A DNA stretch of 64,000 bases from Spirochaetia bacterium (GTDB lineage Bacteria; Spirochaetota; Spirochaetia; UBA9216), in the NCBI GenBank assembly GCA_963677925.2, contig CAXXYH010000003.1, positions 32,001 to 96,000 on the forward strand, given 5' to 3'. The position numbers and the translations under genes are program-made. Under the pieces are notes generated by a model. It saw only the letters and a list, made by a program, of their open reading frames with translations. It was not told where the DNA came from and did no database searches. This document shows positions 10,632 through 22,049 of this stretch, one piece after another. Every line of letters begins with the position of its first letter. Within the stretch, counting starts at the first letter, position 1.

Positions 10632-11702
10632 TTATAAACCTAAAGAACTAATCCAACGGTTAATCTCATGAAGAAGCTCTACTGAAACTGTATCATCAAT
10701 ATCAGAATAATCCTGATATCCTTTAGTAGGCTGAAGCATATGGTTCAAATTAGGAAACTCTATTATTGAATTTTTATCATTCCAGTTCCTGCTTAAGGCT
10801 AATTTTGTATATTTAAGGTTTTCTTCCGGCGGCACCTGAATGTCATACTGTCCTATAACGGCAAGTACGGGCATTTTGAGTTTTTCTATATAATCAGAAG
10901 GATTATTCAAAAATATATATCTGTACCATGGTAAAGTAATTTTTGTGGAAAGATTATAACGGTCAGCCAGGTTATAAATTTCAGTATCTTTGAAATATGA
11001 ATCATATAGTTTTTCAACTTTAAATCTGGACTCATTACGGTTACTGTAATTATCAACAAGTTCATTATATTCCCTGTGAAAACTCATCAGCATCTCTTTC
11101 TCATCATCCGGAGTCCCTGCAATTTCGTAGGATAAGACTGCCGCATTCAGGCTTACATCCCTTAACGGCAGAGCAGGAGTTCCAAGTAGAATTACGAATG
11201 AAATATCAGGGTCTTCAGCTGCCGCCATTGCGCTTACTATTCCCCCCTCAGAATGACCGATAAATCCGATATTACAATTACGAGTCTCTTTATAACTTCT
11301 TAAAAAACTAAGCGCAGCGCTCAGATCCCGTGCAAAATCTGCGGTTGTGTTCTGGTAAAACAACTCAGGATCTGAGTTATATTCACGATCATTAAGCCTG
11401 AGAACTGCAGTACCGTTTTCTGCAAGGAAATCAGCAATAACGGCAAAAGGTTTATGATAATTCCATTCCGCATCATAGTTATGCGGGCCGGAACCGCTTA
11501 CCAAAACTACTACCGGAAAGGAGTTCCTGTTATTGGGTATGCTTAAAATACCTTCCAAAAATACATCATCATCTTCGTTATAAATAGTAACAAATTGATT
11601 TTCATAATTAAAAGGCGGTTCCGGGTTTTGCGGTCTTGAAACGGTTTGACAGGAAGTTAGTACAACTAAAAATATTATAAGAACTTTGATTTTTATATTC
11701 AT
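10632..11702 (-). CDS. Alpha/beta hydrolase lipoprotein
   Basis: Lipobox LTSC, VSGSGP, GHSEGG nucleophile elbow, D(IQV) and NH catalytic motifs. The second Met (11702) is the likely start. Confidence 0.85.
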   Translation of the reverse strand: MNIKIKVLIIFLVVLTSCQTVSRPQNPEPPFNYENQFVTIYNEDDDVFLEGILSIPNNRNSFPVVVLVSGSGPHNYDAEWNYHKPFAVIADFLAENGTAVLRLNDREYNSDPELFYQNTTADFARDLSAALSFLRSYKETRNCNIGFIGHSEGGIVSAMAAAEDPDISFVILLGTPALPLRDVSLNAAVLSYEIAGTPDDEKEMLMSFHREYNELVDNYSNRNESRFKVEKLYDSYFKDTEIYNLADRYNLSTKITLPWYRYIFLNNPSDYIEKLKMPVLAVIGQYDIQVPPEENLKYTKLALSRNWNDKNSIIEFPNLNHMLQPTKGYQDYSDIDDTVSVELLHEINRWISSLGL

Positions 11703-11797
11703 GACAATTACTATTATATTAAATATTTTTAATATTTGTACATAGATTTGAATTACACGGTATTTTTTCATAAAGTTAGTATGTATGCAGGAATTTA

Positions 11798-13042
11798 ATG
11801 AATTTTAATACATTTTTTAGACGTATTATAGGATTATTTGCCGCGGAAGATGAGCTGCTTATGGGCCGTGAAATAAAAGAATGGCGTCAGGAAGTCTGTG
11901 ATACAGTATTCAAATTTTTCGCAATACTTGCATTTTTCACTTATATTCCCAGTGTCTATCTATCAATTAAGGAGCATTATTATCTTATTGCTTTTGCTGA
12001 TACTCTGTTTTATTTATCATTTTTGATATTGGCAAGAATAAAGAATTTGAATTACAAAATTAAAAACTCGATTGGACTTGCCATATTCTTTTTTCTTGGC
12101 TTAGTAGTTCTTATAGTTCTCGGTCCTCTGGGTGCCGGTGAAATATGGATGTTTTCAACAACTATTCTTGCCGCTTTTTTATTGGGGAATAAGGGCGCTA
12201 TAGCCTCATTTTTGATATACACTATTACCAATATCACAGTCTGGATTCTACTGGATTCTGGAAACCTGGACTGGGAAAGTAAATTTAATATACTTCCAGA
12301 CGCCTGGCTTGTAAAAAGTCTAAATTATATTCTGCTGAATATGAGTATTGTTGTTTCTAATGCATTATTTTTAAAAGGTTTTCAGAATCTGATCAAAAGA
12401 ATTGTTCAAACTAGAAATGCAAGTATGATCGGTCTGGCTAAACTTGCAGAATACAGAGATAATGACACCGGACAGCACCTTATACGTTTACAGAACTATA
12501 TAGAGCTCCTGACGGATGATCTGAGAATATCAGGTAAATACCACGGCTATATAACAAAGGAGTACATAAGAGATCTCAAAAATTCAATTATTCTTCATGA
12601 TATTGGAAAAGTAGGAATTCAGGATTCCATATTATTGAAACCAGACAAACTCGATAAGGAAGAATATGATATTATTAAAAGTCATCCTGTAATTGGAGGA
12701 GCTGTTATCTCAGCTATAGAGAAAAATATCTCCGGTCAATCCTTATACAGCCTAGGTAAGGAGATAGCCTTATATCATCATGAAAGGTGGGATGGTTTGG
12801 GGTATCCAGAAGGTTTGAAAGGCGACAGGATACCCTTATCAGCACGAATAACAGCGCTGGTTGATGTTTATGATGCCCTTGTTTCAGAACGTCCCTATAA
12901 AAAAGCCTTCAAACATGAAGATGCAGTTGAACTCATTAGTGAGCAGCGTGGTAAGCAGTTTGATCCGGATATAGTGGACAGCTTCATGAACGTATCTGAA
13001 CAGATATTCAGAATCTCCATTTCGCATTCAGATACTGAGTAA
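11798..13042 (+). CDS. Membrane-bound HD-GYP c-di-GMP phosphodiesterase
   Basis: N-terminal TM helices; LHDIGKVGI and HHERWDGLGYP motifs. Confidence 0.9.
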   Translation: MNFNTFFRRIIGLFAAEDELLMGREIKEWRQEVCDTVFKFFAILAFFTYIPSVYLSIKEHYYLIAFADTLFYLSFLILARIKNLNYKIKNSIGLAIFFFLGLVVLIVLGPLGAGEIWMFSTTILAAFLLGNKGAIASFLIYTITNITVWILLDSGNLDWESKFNILPDAWLVKSLNYILLNMSIVVSNALFLKGFQNLIKRIVQTRNASMIGLAKLAEYRDNDTGQHLIRLQNYIELLTDDLRISGKYHGYITKEYIRDLKNSIILHDIGKVGIQDSILLKPDKLDKEEYDIIKSHPVIGGAVISAIEKNISGQSLYSLGKEIALYHHERWDGLGYPEGLKGDRIPLSARITALVDVYDALVSERPYKKAFKHEDAVELISEQRGKQFDPDIVDSFMNVSEQIFRISISHSDTE

Positions 13043-13053
13043 TCTCGGGATAA

Positions 13054-14136
13054 TTATATCAGCTGTGATGCAAGCTTTTCAGCAGCTTCTTTAAGTTCCT
13101 CGCCTTTTTCGAGTCCGCTTATAAATTTTGATGGAATACCGCTTAGTCCTACCTGTGCCCCTGTAAGTGCACCGGTTAGAATTGCGCGGGCCTGATTCTG
13201 GCCTCCGCCGTTGACTGCATTCAATACTGCCGATTCAAAATCATTTCTAAATCGAGCTGAAAGATAATAAACTGCCGGAATTTGATGATATATAGCACAG
13301 GGCATTCCGTAAACTATAGAAACTTTCCATGCAGGTTCAATTTTAATATCCGGATCAGCCGCAGCCTCAGCCATATATGATGGCGTAAGCAGTGCATCAG
13401 GTGAGGCAAACCTGCCTGCTCTTGGCATTTCAGTATCGCCTGCTTTCGGGGGTTCAAGATCTTCATTTGTTACAGAATGAAAAGGTAGTTCACCAGTGTG
13501 AACTAGTTTCATGAGTCTTCCTGATATTTGCTTATCTAATGGATACCCCTGAACAAGCTGACCAAGAATTGCTGCATATGCAACCGTTATCGATACGATG
13601 GTGTCGTCAGTTTGAGTCAGCAATGTATTTCCGGATACAAATTCGGCCAGTTTTGAAGGTTTAAGTGCGTATCTTACAGCGATAGGTATTGTTCTTTCTA
13701 TAGCTTCGGTAGTATCGGCATTCCCCCCTGTTTGTCCCCAGGGTAATTTTCTTAAAGTTCTTTTTTTCCAGGCTTCACGTATTGACTGGCTTGTATAATT
13801 ACCCGGACCGCTTATTGGAGTTCCATCAATAAGGGGAAAGAAATCATTATCCATTCTTCTGCAGAAATCTACTTCGCTGTATCCTCCGTGTTCTATTAAA
13901 GAATTAAGAGTCAAATTAAGCAGATATCCTGCCTGTGACAGCGAACCGGCTTTTAATCCGTCATGATATCGACCCGGCATAGGATCTGTGTAATAATCAA
14001 TCCATTCGCCGTAATCTATTCTTTGTTTTTCTATATTGTAATACCAGTGCGGTCCAAGAGCGAGTGCATCTCCGATAAATGCCCCTAAAACAGCACCTGC
14101 AGCCCGATCTTTAATCTTTTTATCTAAATCAGCCAT
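13054..14136 (-). CDS. ADP-ribosylglycohydrolase family protein
   Basis: GAFIGDALALG N-terminal motif; FESAVLNAVNGGGQNQARAILTGAL C-terminal motif. Confidence 0.85.
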   Translation of the reverse strand: MADLDKKIKDRAAGAVLGAFIGDALALGPHWYYNIEKQRIDYGEWIDYYTDPMPGRYHDGLKAGSLSQAGYLLNLTLNSLIEHGGYSEVDFCRRMDNDFFPLIDGTPISGPGNYTSQSIREAWKKRTLRKLPWGQTGGNADTTEAIERTIPIAVRYALKPSKLAEFVSGNTLLTQTDDTIVSITVAYAAILGQLVQGYPLDKQISGRLMKLVHTGELPFHSVTNEDLEPPKAGDTEMPRAGRFASPDALLTPSYMAEAAADPDIKIEPAWKVSIVYGMPCAIYHQIPAVYYLSARFRNDFESAVLNAVNGGGQNQARAILTGALTGAQVGLSGIPSKFISGLEKGEELKEAAEKLASQLI

Positions 14137-14280
14137 AGTTAACTCCTCAAACTTATCTAAATTTAATAAAAAATTTACTGAAAATCAAAAAGGATTGTAT
14201 TCGATTACATAGCATTTTAAGATTTCATTTCATATAATTAATTATTACAGTTTTAAACGGTATTTAACGGAGCCGTCTGA

Positions 14281-15570
14281 TTGAAAGAAAAAGTTGACAT
14301 CAAGACATTCAGAACAGGAATCATATTAGCCTATCTCTTTTACGGTGCTTTCGGATTTATTGATTATATGCTAATGCCTGTTCATTTCAAAACCGGGTTT
14401 TATATTAGGTTTTTAATGGTGTATCCGGTAATAACTGCAGGATTTATTATTTCAAATTTCAGAAATTCTGAGAAATATCTAAAATTACTGGCTCTTTTAC
14501 TGCTTATCACCGGTCAGGCTGGTATTCTTATTATGATTTCAGTCTCTTCTGCAGAAGAGCCTGCATACTATCATTACTACGTTGGGTTGATACTAATGAT
14601 TTTAGCCTGCGAATTTATCTTTAGATTAAATTTATTAACAACATTGCTTTACTTTCTTCTTTCAGAGTTTGCATATATTTTTGTTGCATTTTATTTTCAA
14701 AGAATAGCTGAAAATACTGATTTTTATAAAGATATTCACTGGTTCTGGGGAAATCTGATGTTCATGACATCAGCTGGAATTATATCAATAATGGGGACTG
14801 GCAGAATTCAGAAGAACGCCAAAGAAATACGTGAGAAAGCTCAAGTCCTTATTTCGGCAAAACTTGAGGCAGAAGAGGCTAATAAAATTAAGTCTGCATT
14901 TTTACATAATATCAGCCATGAAATTCGCACCCCTTTAAACGGAATTATTGGATATTCAAGGCTTATTGCAGATACCGCAGATGTAGAAAATGATAAATTG
15001 CAGACATATTGTGAAATTGTTAACTATAGCAGTTCACAGCTTATTGATATTGTTGACAGCATTATATATATGTCTGAAATTGAGACAGGAAAATCGGAAC
15101 TTAATATTGAACCGGTATGTTTGATAAGTCTTTCTGCTGAGCTAAAGAAACATTTTAAATTTCCGACTGAGCATAAATCGCTGATATTAAATATAAATAC
15201 AAATCTTAACGCAAAAAACCAAATGATAAATACAGATGAACAGCGTTTAAAGATTGTTCTTAACGATCTAGTAGGTAATGCTGTGAAATTTACTGAAAAA
15301 GGTTCAATTACATTAAATATTGATTATAATGATTCAGAGTATGTAATTAGTGTCAGTGATACCGGAATCGGTATAGAACAGAAATATTTTTATAAAATAT
15401 TTGAGCCGTTCTATCAGGTAGAAAGCGGTTATGAAAGAAGCTACAGGGGAAATGGTCTCGGGCTTGCTGTTGCAAAGTCCTTTACCGAACTGCTTGGGGG
15501 AAAAATAACTATTGAAAGTACTCCTGGTAAAGGTTCTGTTTTTACTTTAAAACTGCCCGATTTAAAATAG
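14281..15570 (+). CDS. Membrane sensor histidine kinase
   Basis: TM N-terminus; H-box [13 protein letters not shown] box, DTGIGI and GLGL motifs. Confidence 0.9.
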   Translation: MKEKVDIKTFRTGIILAYLFYGAFGFIDYMLMPVHFKTGFYIRFLMVYPVITAGFIISNFRNSEKYLKLLALLLLITGQAGILIMISVSSAEEPAYYHYYVGLILMILACEFIFRLNLLTTLLYFLLSEFAYIFVAFYFQRIAENTDFYKDIHWFWGNLMFMTSAGIISIMGTGRIQKNAKEIREKAQVLISAKLEAEEANKIKSAFLHNISHEIRTPLNGIIGYSRLIADTADVENDKLQTYCEIVNYSSSQLIDIVDSIIYMSEIETGKSELNIEPVCLISLSAELKKHFKFPTEHKSLILNINTNLNAKNQMINTDEQRLKIVLNDLVGNAVKFTEKGSITLNIDYNDSEYVISVSDTGIGIEQKYFYKIFEPFYQVESGYERSYRGNGLGLAVAKSFTELLGGKITIESTPGKGSVFTLKLPDLK

Positions 15571-15651
15571 TGAAATCAGCATTCATACTGGATAGTCAGG
15601 GAAGAATTGGATATGCTGGAATTCTTACAACGACTGAAAATGAAGGCAGAG

Positions 15652-16467
15652 TTAAAAAAAATCAGGAGCTTTTTTTCTTTTTAGCATGAAAAAAAGAAGA
15701 ATCCCAAAAAGCGAAAGAATTATTCCAAGTGCGTTAAACCATACAGGCTGATGCAGTGTTTCAGAAGTTGGAATGTAACCGTTTATACTGACTCCGATTA
15801 TATCGATGAGCAGGACAGGAAGAAAATTTACAGCAGCATGTAAAATGATACCCGGCAGTACAGAACCTGAGAGTATAAATAAATATCCGAAAATACAGCC
15901 ATAAATAAAGGCTCCCGGGAACTGCAGCGGATTAAGATGGAATAAACCGAAGAGAAATGCTGACCAGAATATTGCTTTTGGTGAAGATATTGTTCTATTT
16001 AATCTTTCAAGGATTAGTCCACGGAAAATCAGTTCTTCAGTAAGGGGGGCGACAATACATAAGGTCAGAATTTCAACCAGGATATCAAAAAAGCTGCCAT
16101 TGGTACTTATTAAATTTTCAAGTAGAAATATTTCATGTAGAGGAAGAACAGTTCTTAAAATATTATCAAATTCAGATACTAAAATAGATATTCCTAGAAT
16201 CAGTAGTAACCCTGGGAAAAGATATATGGTCCGGAAGCGTTTGATTGAGTAAAAATTAAAAAGATCGGCTCCGTCTCTGCTTGCAAGATAATATATATAG
16301 CTGCCGAAAACTATGATATTTACAAAACCTGCAATTAAAGTGATATTCAGATTTTTGTTTATCAGCATTGCCGCTGCCGTAATAAACAGTCCGCCTAAAA
16401 ACTGAAGAACTGAAAGAATAATGAGAATTACAATCGCTTTTTTTAAACCAAAATAATTATCTTCCAT
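15652..16467 (-). CDS. CPBP (CAAX/Abi) intramembrane metalloprotease
   Basis: EELIFRG, FGLFH and HAAVN motifs. Confidence 0.9.
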   Translation of the reverse strand: MEDNYFGLKKAIVILIILSVLQFLGGLFITAAAMLINKNLNITLIAGFVNIIVFGSYIYYLASRDGADLFNFYSIKRFRTIYLFPGLLLILGISILVSEFDNILRTVLPLHEIFLLENLISTNGSFFDILVEILTLCIVAPLTEELIFRGLILERLNRTISSPKAIFWSAFLFGLFHLNPLQFPGAFIYGCIFGYLFILSGSVLPGIILHAAVNFLPVLLIDIIGVSINGYIPTSETLHQPVWFNALGIILSLFGILLFFMLKRKKAPDFF

Positions 16468-16512
16468 GCTTTTTTATACTGACAAATATTATAATAATTT
16501 GGTTTAACATCT

Positions 16513-16974
16513 TCATCCTCTGGTTAGATTGAGCTGATTTCCCAGAGTTTTAGCGGCTTTATCCATTCTGGCGCCTATAGCTACACCAATAGCTAATCCA
16601 ATAGGAAGGCCAAGACCTATAAAGGCCATGTTATTCAATGATAAACCGAGAGCTGCACCTATTGGTACACCAAAAGCTGCCATTCCCATGGCCATCCATT
16701 TATTTTGATAATGATTTTTAGTTACCAGTTTTAGTTCTTTTTCAAGAGTGTTGAGTACATTCTCCTGGGTACTGTTTAATAGTTTCAAAAGTTTTTTTGG
16801 TTCGCCATCAAATGAATTTATTGAATCTATCATATTATTAAAAGTTTCAATCATTTTATCAGGTATATTTCTGTTTCTAATTTCATTAAACAAGTTAACA
16901 AGACTTACCAAGCGAACCTGAATTTTCTGATTTTCATAATCGCTATGGTTTAATTCAATTTTTTTGATTCTCAT
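16513..16974 (-). CDS. Hypothetical protein with C-terminal Gly-rich TM hairpin
   Basis: 153-aa ORF with GGAG RBS. Confidence 0.7.
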   Translation of the reverse strand: MRIKKIELNHSDYENQKIQVRLVSLVNLFNEIRNRNIPDKMIETFNNMIDSINSFDGEPKKLLKLLNSTQENVLNTLEKELKLVTKNHYQNKWMAMGMAAFGVPIGAALGLSLNNMAFIGLGLPIGLAIGVAIGARMDKAAKTLGNQLNLTRG

Positions 16975-17086
16975 ATAGAAAATTTCTCCATATATCAGAT
17001 GCTGAAATATTTTATCATAAAAAATTTAAAAAGCAAGAATATCAGTTTCAGATTTATTTAGAACTGTAGAAATACTGAGGAATCGG

Positions 17087-17446
17087 TCAGTCAAAAAAAT
17101 GTAGAAGAGGATCATCATCTTCATCATCCTCCGGTAAAGGTTTAGATGTTATAAAAATAACATCTTTTTCTATTTTCAGCCCATATCTTTTTAATCTGGA
17201 AGCATCATGATTGAGGCATTCTCCAGTCACCAGATTAAATTTCCATCCATGTCGCGGACAGGTCGCGACATCTCCTGATATTTTTCCTGTTGTTATATCT
17301 GCGCCCTGGTGTTTACAGCCAACTTCGATTGCGTAAAACTCAGAATCCGCTTCTTTTATAATTGCTACTTTTTTACTCAATATAGTGAGACTTTTTATTC
17401 TATTATTTTTAAAATCATTAATATTTGCTGCTTTTATATAATTCAA
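17087..17446 (-). CDS. Rieske [2Fe-2S] ferredoxin
   Basis: CKHQG...CPRHGWKF motifs. Confidence 0.9.
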   Translation of the reverse strand: MNYIKAANINDFKNNRIKSLTILSKKVAIIKEADSEFYAIEVGCKHQGADITTGKISGDVATCPRHGWKFNLVTGECLNHDASRLKRYGLKIEKDVIFITSKPLPEDDEDDDPLLHFFD

Positions 17447-17489
17447 TCTCTTTACCCTTCCCTGTATTATAGCATATTGTTTAATATAA

Positions 17490-17881
17490 GCAGGTTATTT
17501 TTCGTTGCTCCGACGATTATCGACCTGGAACAGGCTCAAAACATTTTTAACAACATTCAAAACGACTTCATCACCCAATTCCTGATTAACCTGGGCGAAT
17601 ACGGCGCTGCAATCGCATTGATTTTCTTCGGCATGCATTCTATTCTCAACGGCATCCTGATACTGAAAACAGAACGATTGCCCAATTTTGTAAGCCTCGC
17701 ATTCATTATAGGCGGTGCTGGGTTGCGGAGCTTTTTCTACCGTCTCCTTGGTTTTTCGCTGTTTATGATTGTAGCACTTCCCGGTCTGATTGCGGTGTCC
17801 ATAATCAGCTTTTGGCTGGTGTTCAAGGGCGCTCCGAATAGTTCAGACCATTATCCATTGTCTTCAATGCTTCTAAAATAA
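17490..17881 (+). pseudogene. Fragment of a DUF4386-like membrane protein
   Basis: AIALIFFGMHSILNGILILKTERLPNF resembles the DUF4386 C-terminal half. No credible start; it collides with the 3' end of the DUF2785 gene. Confidence 0.4.
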
Positions 17882-18731
17882 TATCTCTTAATTCATCATT
17901 ATATTTTGGTTTTTTTTCAAAAATATAAATATTCTTTATATTCTTCATGCCAAAGAGCAAAGTGAAATATAAAGAACGCAGAAATGTAATGATATTTAGC
18001 CATACTGTTGAATATTCTTGATTATCTGCAATATCTGTCCAGTGCTTTTCATCAAATATTAGGGTTAGGTTATGTATCCAGCGTTCATAATCAGAGATAT
18101 TTAGCAGTCCTCTATACATCATAATAATTACAATGCGGGCAAGTCTATTATCTTCATTATTTATAAAATACAAATTGTTGTATTTATGAAATTGAGAAGC
18201 AATAAGATTTAGCATTTCAAGATGATCATCTTTTGTTGAATAACGATGGAATGCGAGATCCCGTAATAGATCAGCTGTATGTGATATTGCATGAGCCCAA
18301 CCCTTTCCGGAGATATATCCTCTAAAATCATTTTCTTCTTTTGCATAGTGTATTGATTTTTCATACCATGAAATGTATTCATTATATGGCAAAAATGAAG
18401 TTCGATTATTCAAAAATAAAAGCTCATCTTGTGTGATAATAAGAGAAATAATGAGCACTGAAAAAGTTCTCAAAAAGATTGAATCAGATTCTTTCCTATC
18501 AAATTTATAAGAAATATTATCAATCAAACGATTTCCTATCTCTAATAGCTTTTTTCCAGATAAAACATTTGATTCAATTAATTCCCAAAGTAAATCTAAA
18601 CAGCCTTCTCTGATCAGACTATCTGTATTACCTAAATTTGATTCTATCTGTAATAATATACTCTGAAAATCTGATTCATTAATAAGTTCTATGCCTGTGC
18701 TTGTATACTTTTGTAATTCTAAATTATCCAA
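17823..18731 (-). CDS. DUF2785-domain protein
   Basis: FLRTFSVL, DFRGYISGKGWAHAISHTADLL and NEDNRLA motifs. Confidence 0.8.
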   Translation of the reverse strand: MDNLELQKYTSTGIELINESDFQSILLQIESNLGNTDSLIREGCLDLLWELIESNVLSGKKLLEIGNRLIDNISYKFDRKESDSIFLRTFSVLIISLIITQDELLFLNNRTSFLPYNEYISWYEKSIHYAKEENDFRGYISGKGWAHAISHTADLLRDLAFHRYSTKDDHLEMLNLIASQFHKYNNLYFINNEDNRLARIVIIMMYRGLLNISDYERWIHNLTLIFDEKHWTDIADNQEYSTVWLNIITFLRSLYFTLLFGMKNIKNIYIFEKKPKYNDELRDIILEALKTMDNGLNYSERP

Positions 18732-18925
18732 TAATTAAACCTCTTTCACATTTTTTATTTTATTAAATAAGCCCATCATTATAATATCTCCATACACTTA
18801 CAAGTTTGTAAGCTTCATTCTTTATTGTAAATTCAAATTCTTGGAACATTTCAAATCTCTTAATATAAATAATTTCCCTAATAATTACAGGTTACTTTTA
18901 ACTCTTACTTTCTAAAAATTTTCAA

Positions 18926-19543
18926 TTACCATTTATTAAACAAAATATGTTTGTCTATATCTAATTTCTTCTGTGGAATTTCTTTAATTTCACTTTTTTT
19001 ATACCCAATTGGTATTATTGAAGCTACTTCAAAGTTATCTGGAATGCCTAATATATTTTTTACAGCTCCTGTATTTTTTGGAATGAATGTTACACCAAAA
19101 ATATTTTTTTCAGTCAATGAAAGTAATAAATTTTCAATTGCACACCAAATAGAAGCAAATCCATTAATATCATAAACTCTTACAGCTTCTTTAATATTTG
19201 TTTTTGGTTTATATACTGCAACAATTGATAAAGGAGCTTCAAGAATCATTCTTTTTTGTTTTGGAATTGCATCAAAATACATTTTTCTTGCAATTGGATC
19301 ATGATCTTTAAACGATACTTTCATTTCTTCTGTTATTCTTTCATACATTTCTTCTGTTTGAGTAAGTTTGACCTTTTGTTTTTCATCATCAATTATTAGA
19401 AAGTACCATTTTTTTAAATGATCATATGTTGGTGCCATAAAAGCATTTTTGATTGCATCTTTTACTTCATCAATATCTAATGCTTGATCTGAGAAATCTC
19501 TTATTGTTCGTCTGTTTATGATTACCTGTTTAAAATCCATCAT
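18926..19543 (-). CDS. Nitroreductase family protein (eroded cassette)
   Basis: RRTIRDF, APT, SIWCAIENLLL and IPIGY motifs. Confidence 0.85.
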   Translation of the reverse strand: MMDFKQVIINRRTIRDFSDQALDIDEVKDAIKNAFMAPTYDHLKKWYFLIIDDEKQKVKLTQTEEMYERITEEMKVSFKDHDPIARKMYFDAIPKQKRMILEAPLSIVAVYKPKTNIKEAVRVYDINGFASIWCAIENLLLSLTEKNIFGVTFIPKNTGAVKNILGIPDNFEVASIIPIGYKKSEIKEIPQKKLDIDKHILFNKW

Positions 19544-19616
19544 AGTTCCCCAATTATTTTAAAGACTATCAGTTTTACTTGTTTTCTCGTCTTATTTATT
19601 TTACTATTTTTTTGCA

Positions 19617-19731
19617 GCCTGACGGTTGCAGTCTTCGATGCATGGCGCAGTTCTGGAACGCAGTATGAACAGCCTGGAGTGTCTCTGCCAGAACTGTAAC
19701 AAAGGTGTTGACGACTCTAAATCTCTTGTTA
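19617..19731 (-). repeat. Degenerate attC (R'/L' side eroded)
   Basis: GTCTTCGA..GGCGCAGTTCTGGAACG..CCAGAACTGT..AAATCTCTTGTTA retained; the TAACGACGATTTGAG end is lost. Confidence 0.75.
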
Positions 19732-19773
19732 TCAAGAGCTTTTCTCTTAATATCTTATTTCTCTTTCTTAATT

Positions 19774-20220
19774 TCACGATTTCTCTTTTTCCCATTCCAT
19801 TATGTATTCTGATTCTTCAGTATCATTATCAATTATATCTGAAATTATTTTAAATCCATTGTTTTTATAAAAATTTATACTTTTCAAATTCTTTTTATAT
19901 ACTTTCAATTGTATTCTATCTCGTATTTCTTTTACGTAATTTATTAATTCACTACCAATTCCTAAACCTTGCATTTCTGTTTTTATAAAGATTGCTGCGA
20001 GATATTCATCTATCATTGAAATAAATCCCATAAGCGTATTTTCATTTTTAGCAACGTAAGTTTCTGAAATTGGAATATATTTTTCTTTCATTAACGATTT
20101 ATTCTCTTTCCAATAATTATCCGTAATGAAATCATGTGCTTTTATTGATACCTCATACCAGATTTCAATTATTTCATCTAAATCATTATCACTTAATTTT
20201 TGTATTCTTATATTTTTCAA
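19774..20220 (-). CDS. GNAT N-acetyltransferase (YjaB-like) cassette
   Basis: AHDFI, QGLGIGSELI and NFYKNNGF motifs. Confidence 0.85.
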   Translation of the reverse strand: MKNIRIQKLSDNDLDEIIEIWYEVSIKAHDFITDNYWKENKSLMKEKYIPISETYVAKNENTLMGFISMIDEYLAAIFIKTEMQGLGIGSELINYVKEIRDRIQLKVYKKNLKSINFYKNNGFKIISDIIDNDTEESEYIMEWEKEKS

Positions 20221-20348
20221 ACTATTCCCTCATGCAGTCTTTTTCATTTAAGAAGTCTCTATTCGCCGCCCTAATGCTCGCTTCCATCTGAATATCTAAC
20301 ATTGATATTTACATATATATAATATTTAAATCAAAAAATTTAGCTATA

Positions 20349-20480
20349 TAACGACGATTTGAGTAGCGAAACCGGCCAAGTCTTCGAGGCTTGGCACAGT
20401 TCTGGAACGTAGCGCGATCAGCGCGGAGTGTCACCGCCAGAACTGTGACAAAGATTTTGACTACTACAAAATTCTAGTTA
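20349..20480 (-). repeat. attC (main family, some mutations)
   Basis: TAACGACGATTTGAGTAGCG...CTAGTTA. Confidence 0.88.
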
Positions 20481-20581
20481 TCTGCTGTTGTAAATAATAA
20501 TTAATGGAGTATATAGATCAGCATACCTCCATATTTTATTCTTAATAATATTAATATAATATTTAAATAAAACTTAAACTC

Positions 20582-21229
20582 CTACCTTTCTATTTCTATA
20601 AGTTCAAAGATTTCTACTGGATTTTGTTTAAATTCAACTTTTATTGAATCTACAGAACGTCTAATAAAATATTTCTCCAATTCTTTTTCTACATATTCTG
20701 ATATTAAAATTTGAGTTTGGTACATCATATTAGATTGAGATAATCTATAACTTAAATTAACTGCATCACCTAAGACACTAAAGAATAATCTTGATTCAGT
20801 CCCTATGTTTCCAACACTTACAAAACCGCTATTGATTCCTATGACAATTGGAATAACTAAATCTTCATTATTAATTTCATCTTGTCCTTTTTTAATTTCT
20901 ATTGCAGTAATACATGCATCATCATAGTGATTTCCTCCATTTAATCCAAAAACTGCCATTATAGTATCACCTGATAGATTTATAATTTCTCCATTATTTT
21001 TTTCTATTATTTCAAAAGTATTTTTTATATAAGTATTCAAGGCATGTGTTAGACTAAACGGATTTAAATTTTCAGAAAGAAAATCCATCGATAAAACATC
21101 AACAACCAATATGGTTAAATTTTCATCGTTAAAACCTATATTACATATAGACTTTTCACCTTTTTGTATTTGATTATAAATATAATTACCAACAAATTTT
21201 TTGAATGATTCTGTTTTTTTCTTAAACAC
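20582..21229 (-). CDS. Class III adenylate/guanylate cyclase domain protein cassette
   Basis: LVVDV, SGDTIMAVFG, IGINSG and LGDAVNLSYRL motifs. Confidence 0.8.
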   Translation of the reverse strand: MFKKKTESFKKFVGNYIYNQIQKGEKSICNIGFNDENLTILVVDVLSMDFLSENLNPFSLTHALNTYIKNTFEIIEKNNGEIINLSGDTIMAVFGLNGGNHYDDACITAIEIKKGQDEINNEDLVIPIVIGINSGFVSVGNIGTESRLFFSVLGDAVNLSYRLSQSNMMYQTQILISEYVEKELEKYFIRRSVDSIKVEFKQNPVEIFELIEIER

Positions 21230-21393
21230 AACATTAACTCCTATATTTAACTTCTATATATAAACATTTAAAACAATTTGTACTCTTTCAACATTATTTG
21301 TCTGCAATAAGTAATTATAGAATTTCTATAATATTCTATTACATATTAAACCAAATATAATAGTTCTTAAATTTTTATCACTCTTCGTGCATA

Positions 21394-21504
21394 TAACTAC
21401 TCCAAATCTCTTGTTAAATGCTTACACCCAACTTACCCAAATCATAAAATAAAAATTTGGCGCAGCCCGATGAGTTTATAGCGACGAGCAAATAACTCCT
21501 GTTA
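21394..21504 (-). repeat. attC remnants: internally deleted main-family site (21394-21416) plus half of a foreign-type site ending at 21504
   Basis: TAAC is fused directly to TACTCCAAATCTCTTGTTA. A second box, GTTATAGGCAGTAAGCGCC, is complementary to GGCGCTTATTGCCTATAAC ending at 22133. Confidence 0.7.
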
Positions 21505-21569
21505 TAGGCAGTAAGCGCCTCTTTGATTACATTTAGAGAGGCACGGATGCCGAACGGAAAGCTTTCTTC

Positions 21570-22049
21570 TTAATTTTTCTTCTCAACAACATTTGTAATC
21601 GACAAGTCTGAATTGATTCTGCTCTCAGAAATAATTCCAATTAAATCTTCTTCTCTCCACCATTTCTTCATATCCTCTTCACCAAAATCAGAACTAACTG
21701 ATTTCGATTTATGTCGTAGTAATGTCTCTTTAAAAGATAAATCATAATAATATGCAAATATTTCAGAGTCAAATTCTTCAATTGCTGTTTTAAATAATCT
21801 AAGATAATAATCGGAGTATAAAATTCCTTCCAAAATTACAAATTCCGAATTCCTCTTCCCATATTTAATTAATTCCTCTAAAAGCGGAATTGCCTCATTT
21901 TCAATTCTATCATGGACCCACAACATCTCTCTTCTAACATAATCCTGAGAAACAAGCATTGTATTACGGCCGAATTTTCGTTGTAAAGATTTAGCTAGTG
22001 AAGTTTTCCCACTTCCTGAATTACCTCTAATTATTATCAACTTTGACAT
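21570..22049 (-). CDS. P-loop kinase (AAA_33-like) cassette
   Basis: IIIRGNSGSGKT Walker A and VILEGI motif. Confidence 0.8.
   Translation of the reverse strand: MSKLIIIRGNSGSGKTSLAKSLQRKFGRNTMLVSQDYVRREMLWVHDRIENEAIPLLEELIKYGKRNSEFVILEGILYSDYYLRLFKTAIEEFDSEIFAYYYDLSFKETLLRHKSKSVSSDFGEEDMKKWWREEDLIGIISESRINSDLSITNVVEKKN

Noticed and set aside
404-13042. Numerous 60-160 aa antisense ORFs in the track
   Set aside because: Shadow frames of longer, well-supported genes.
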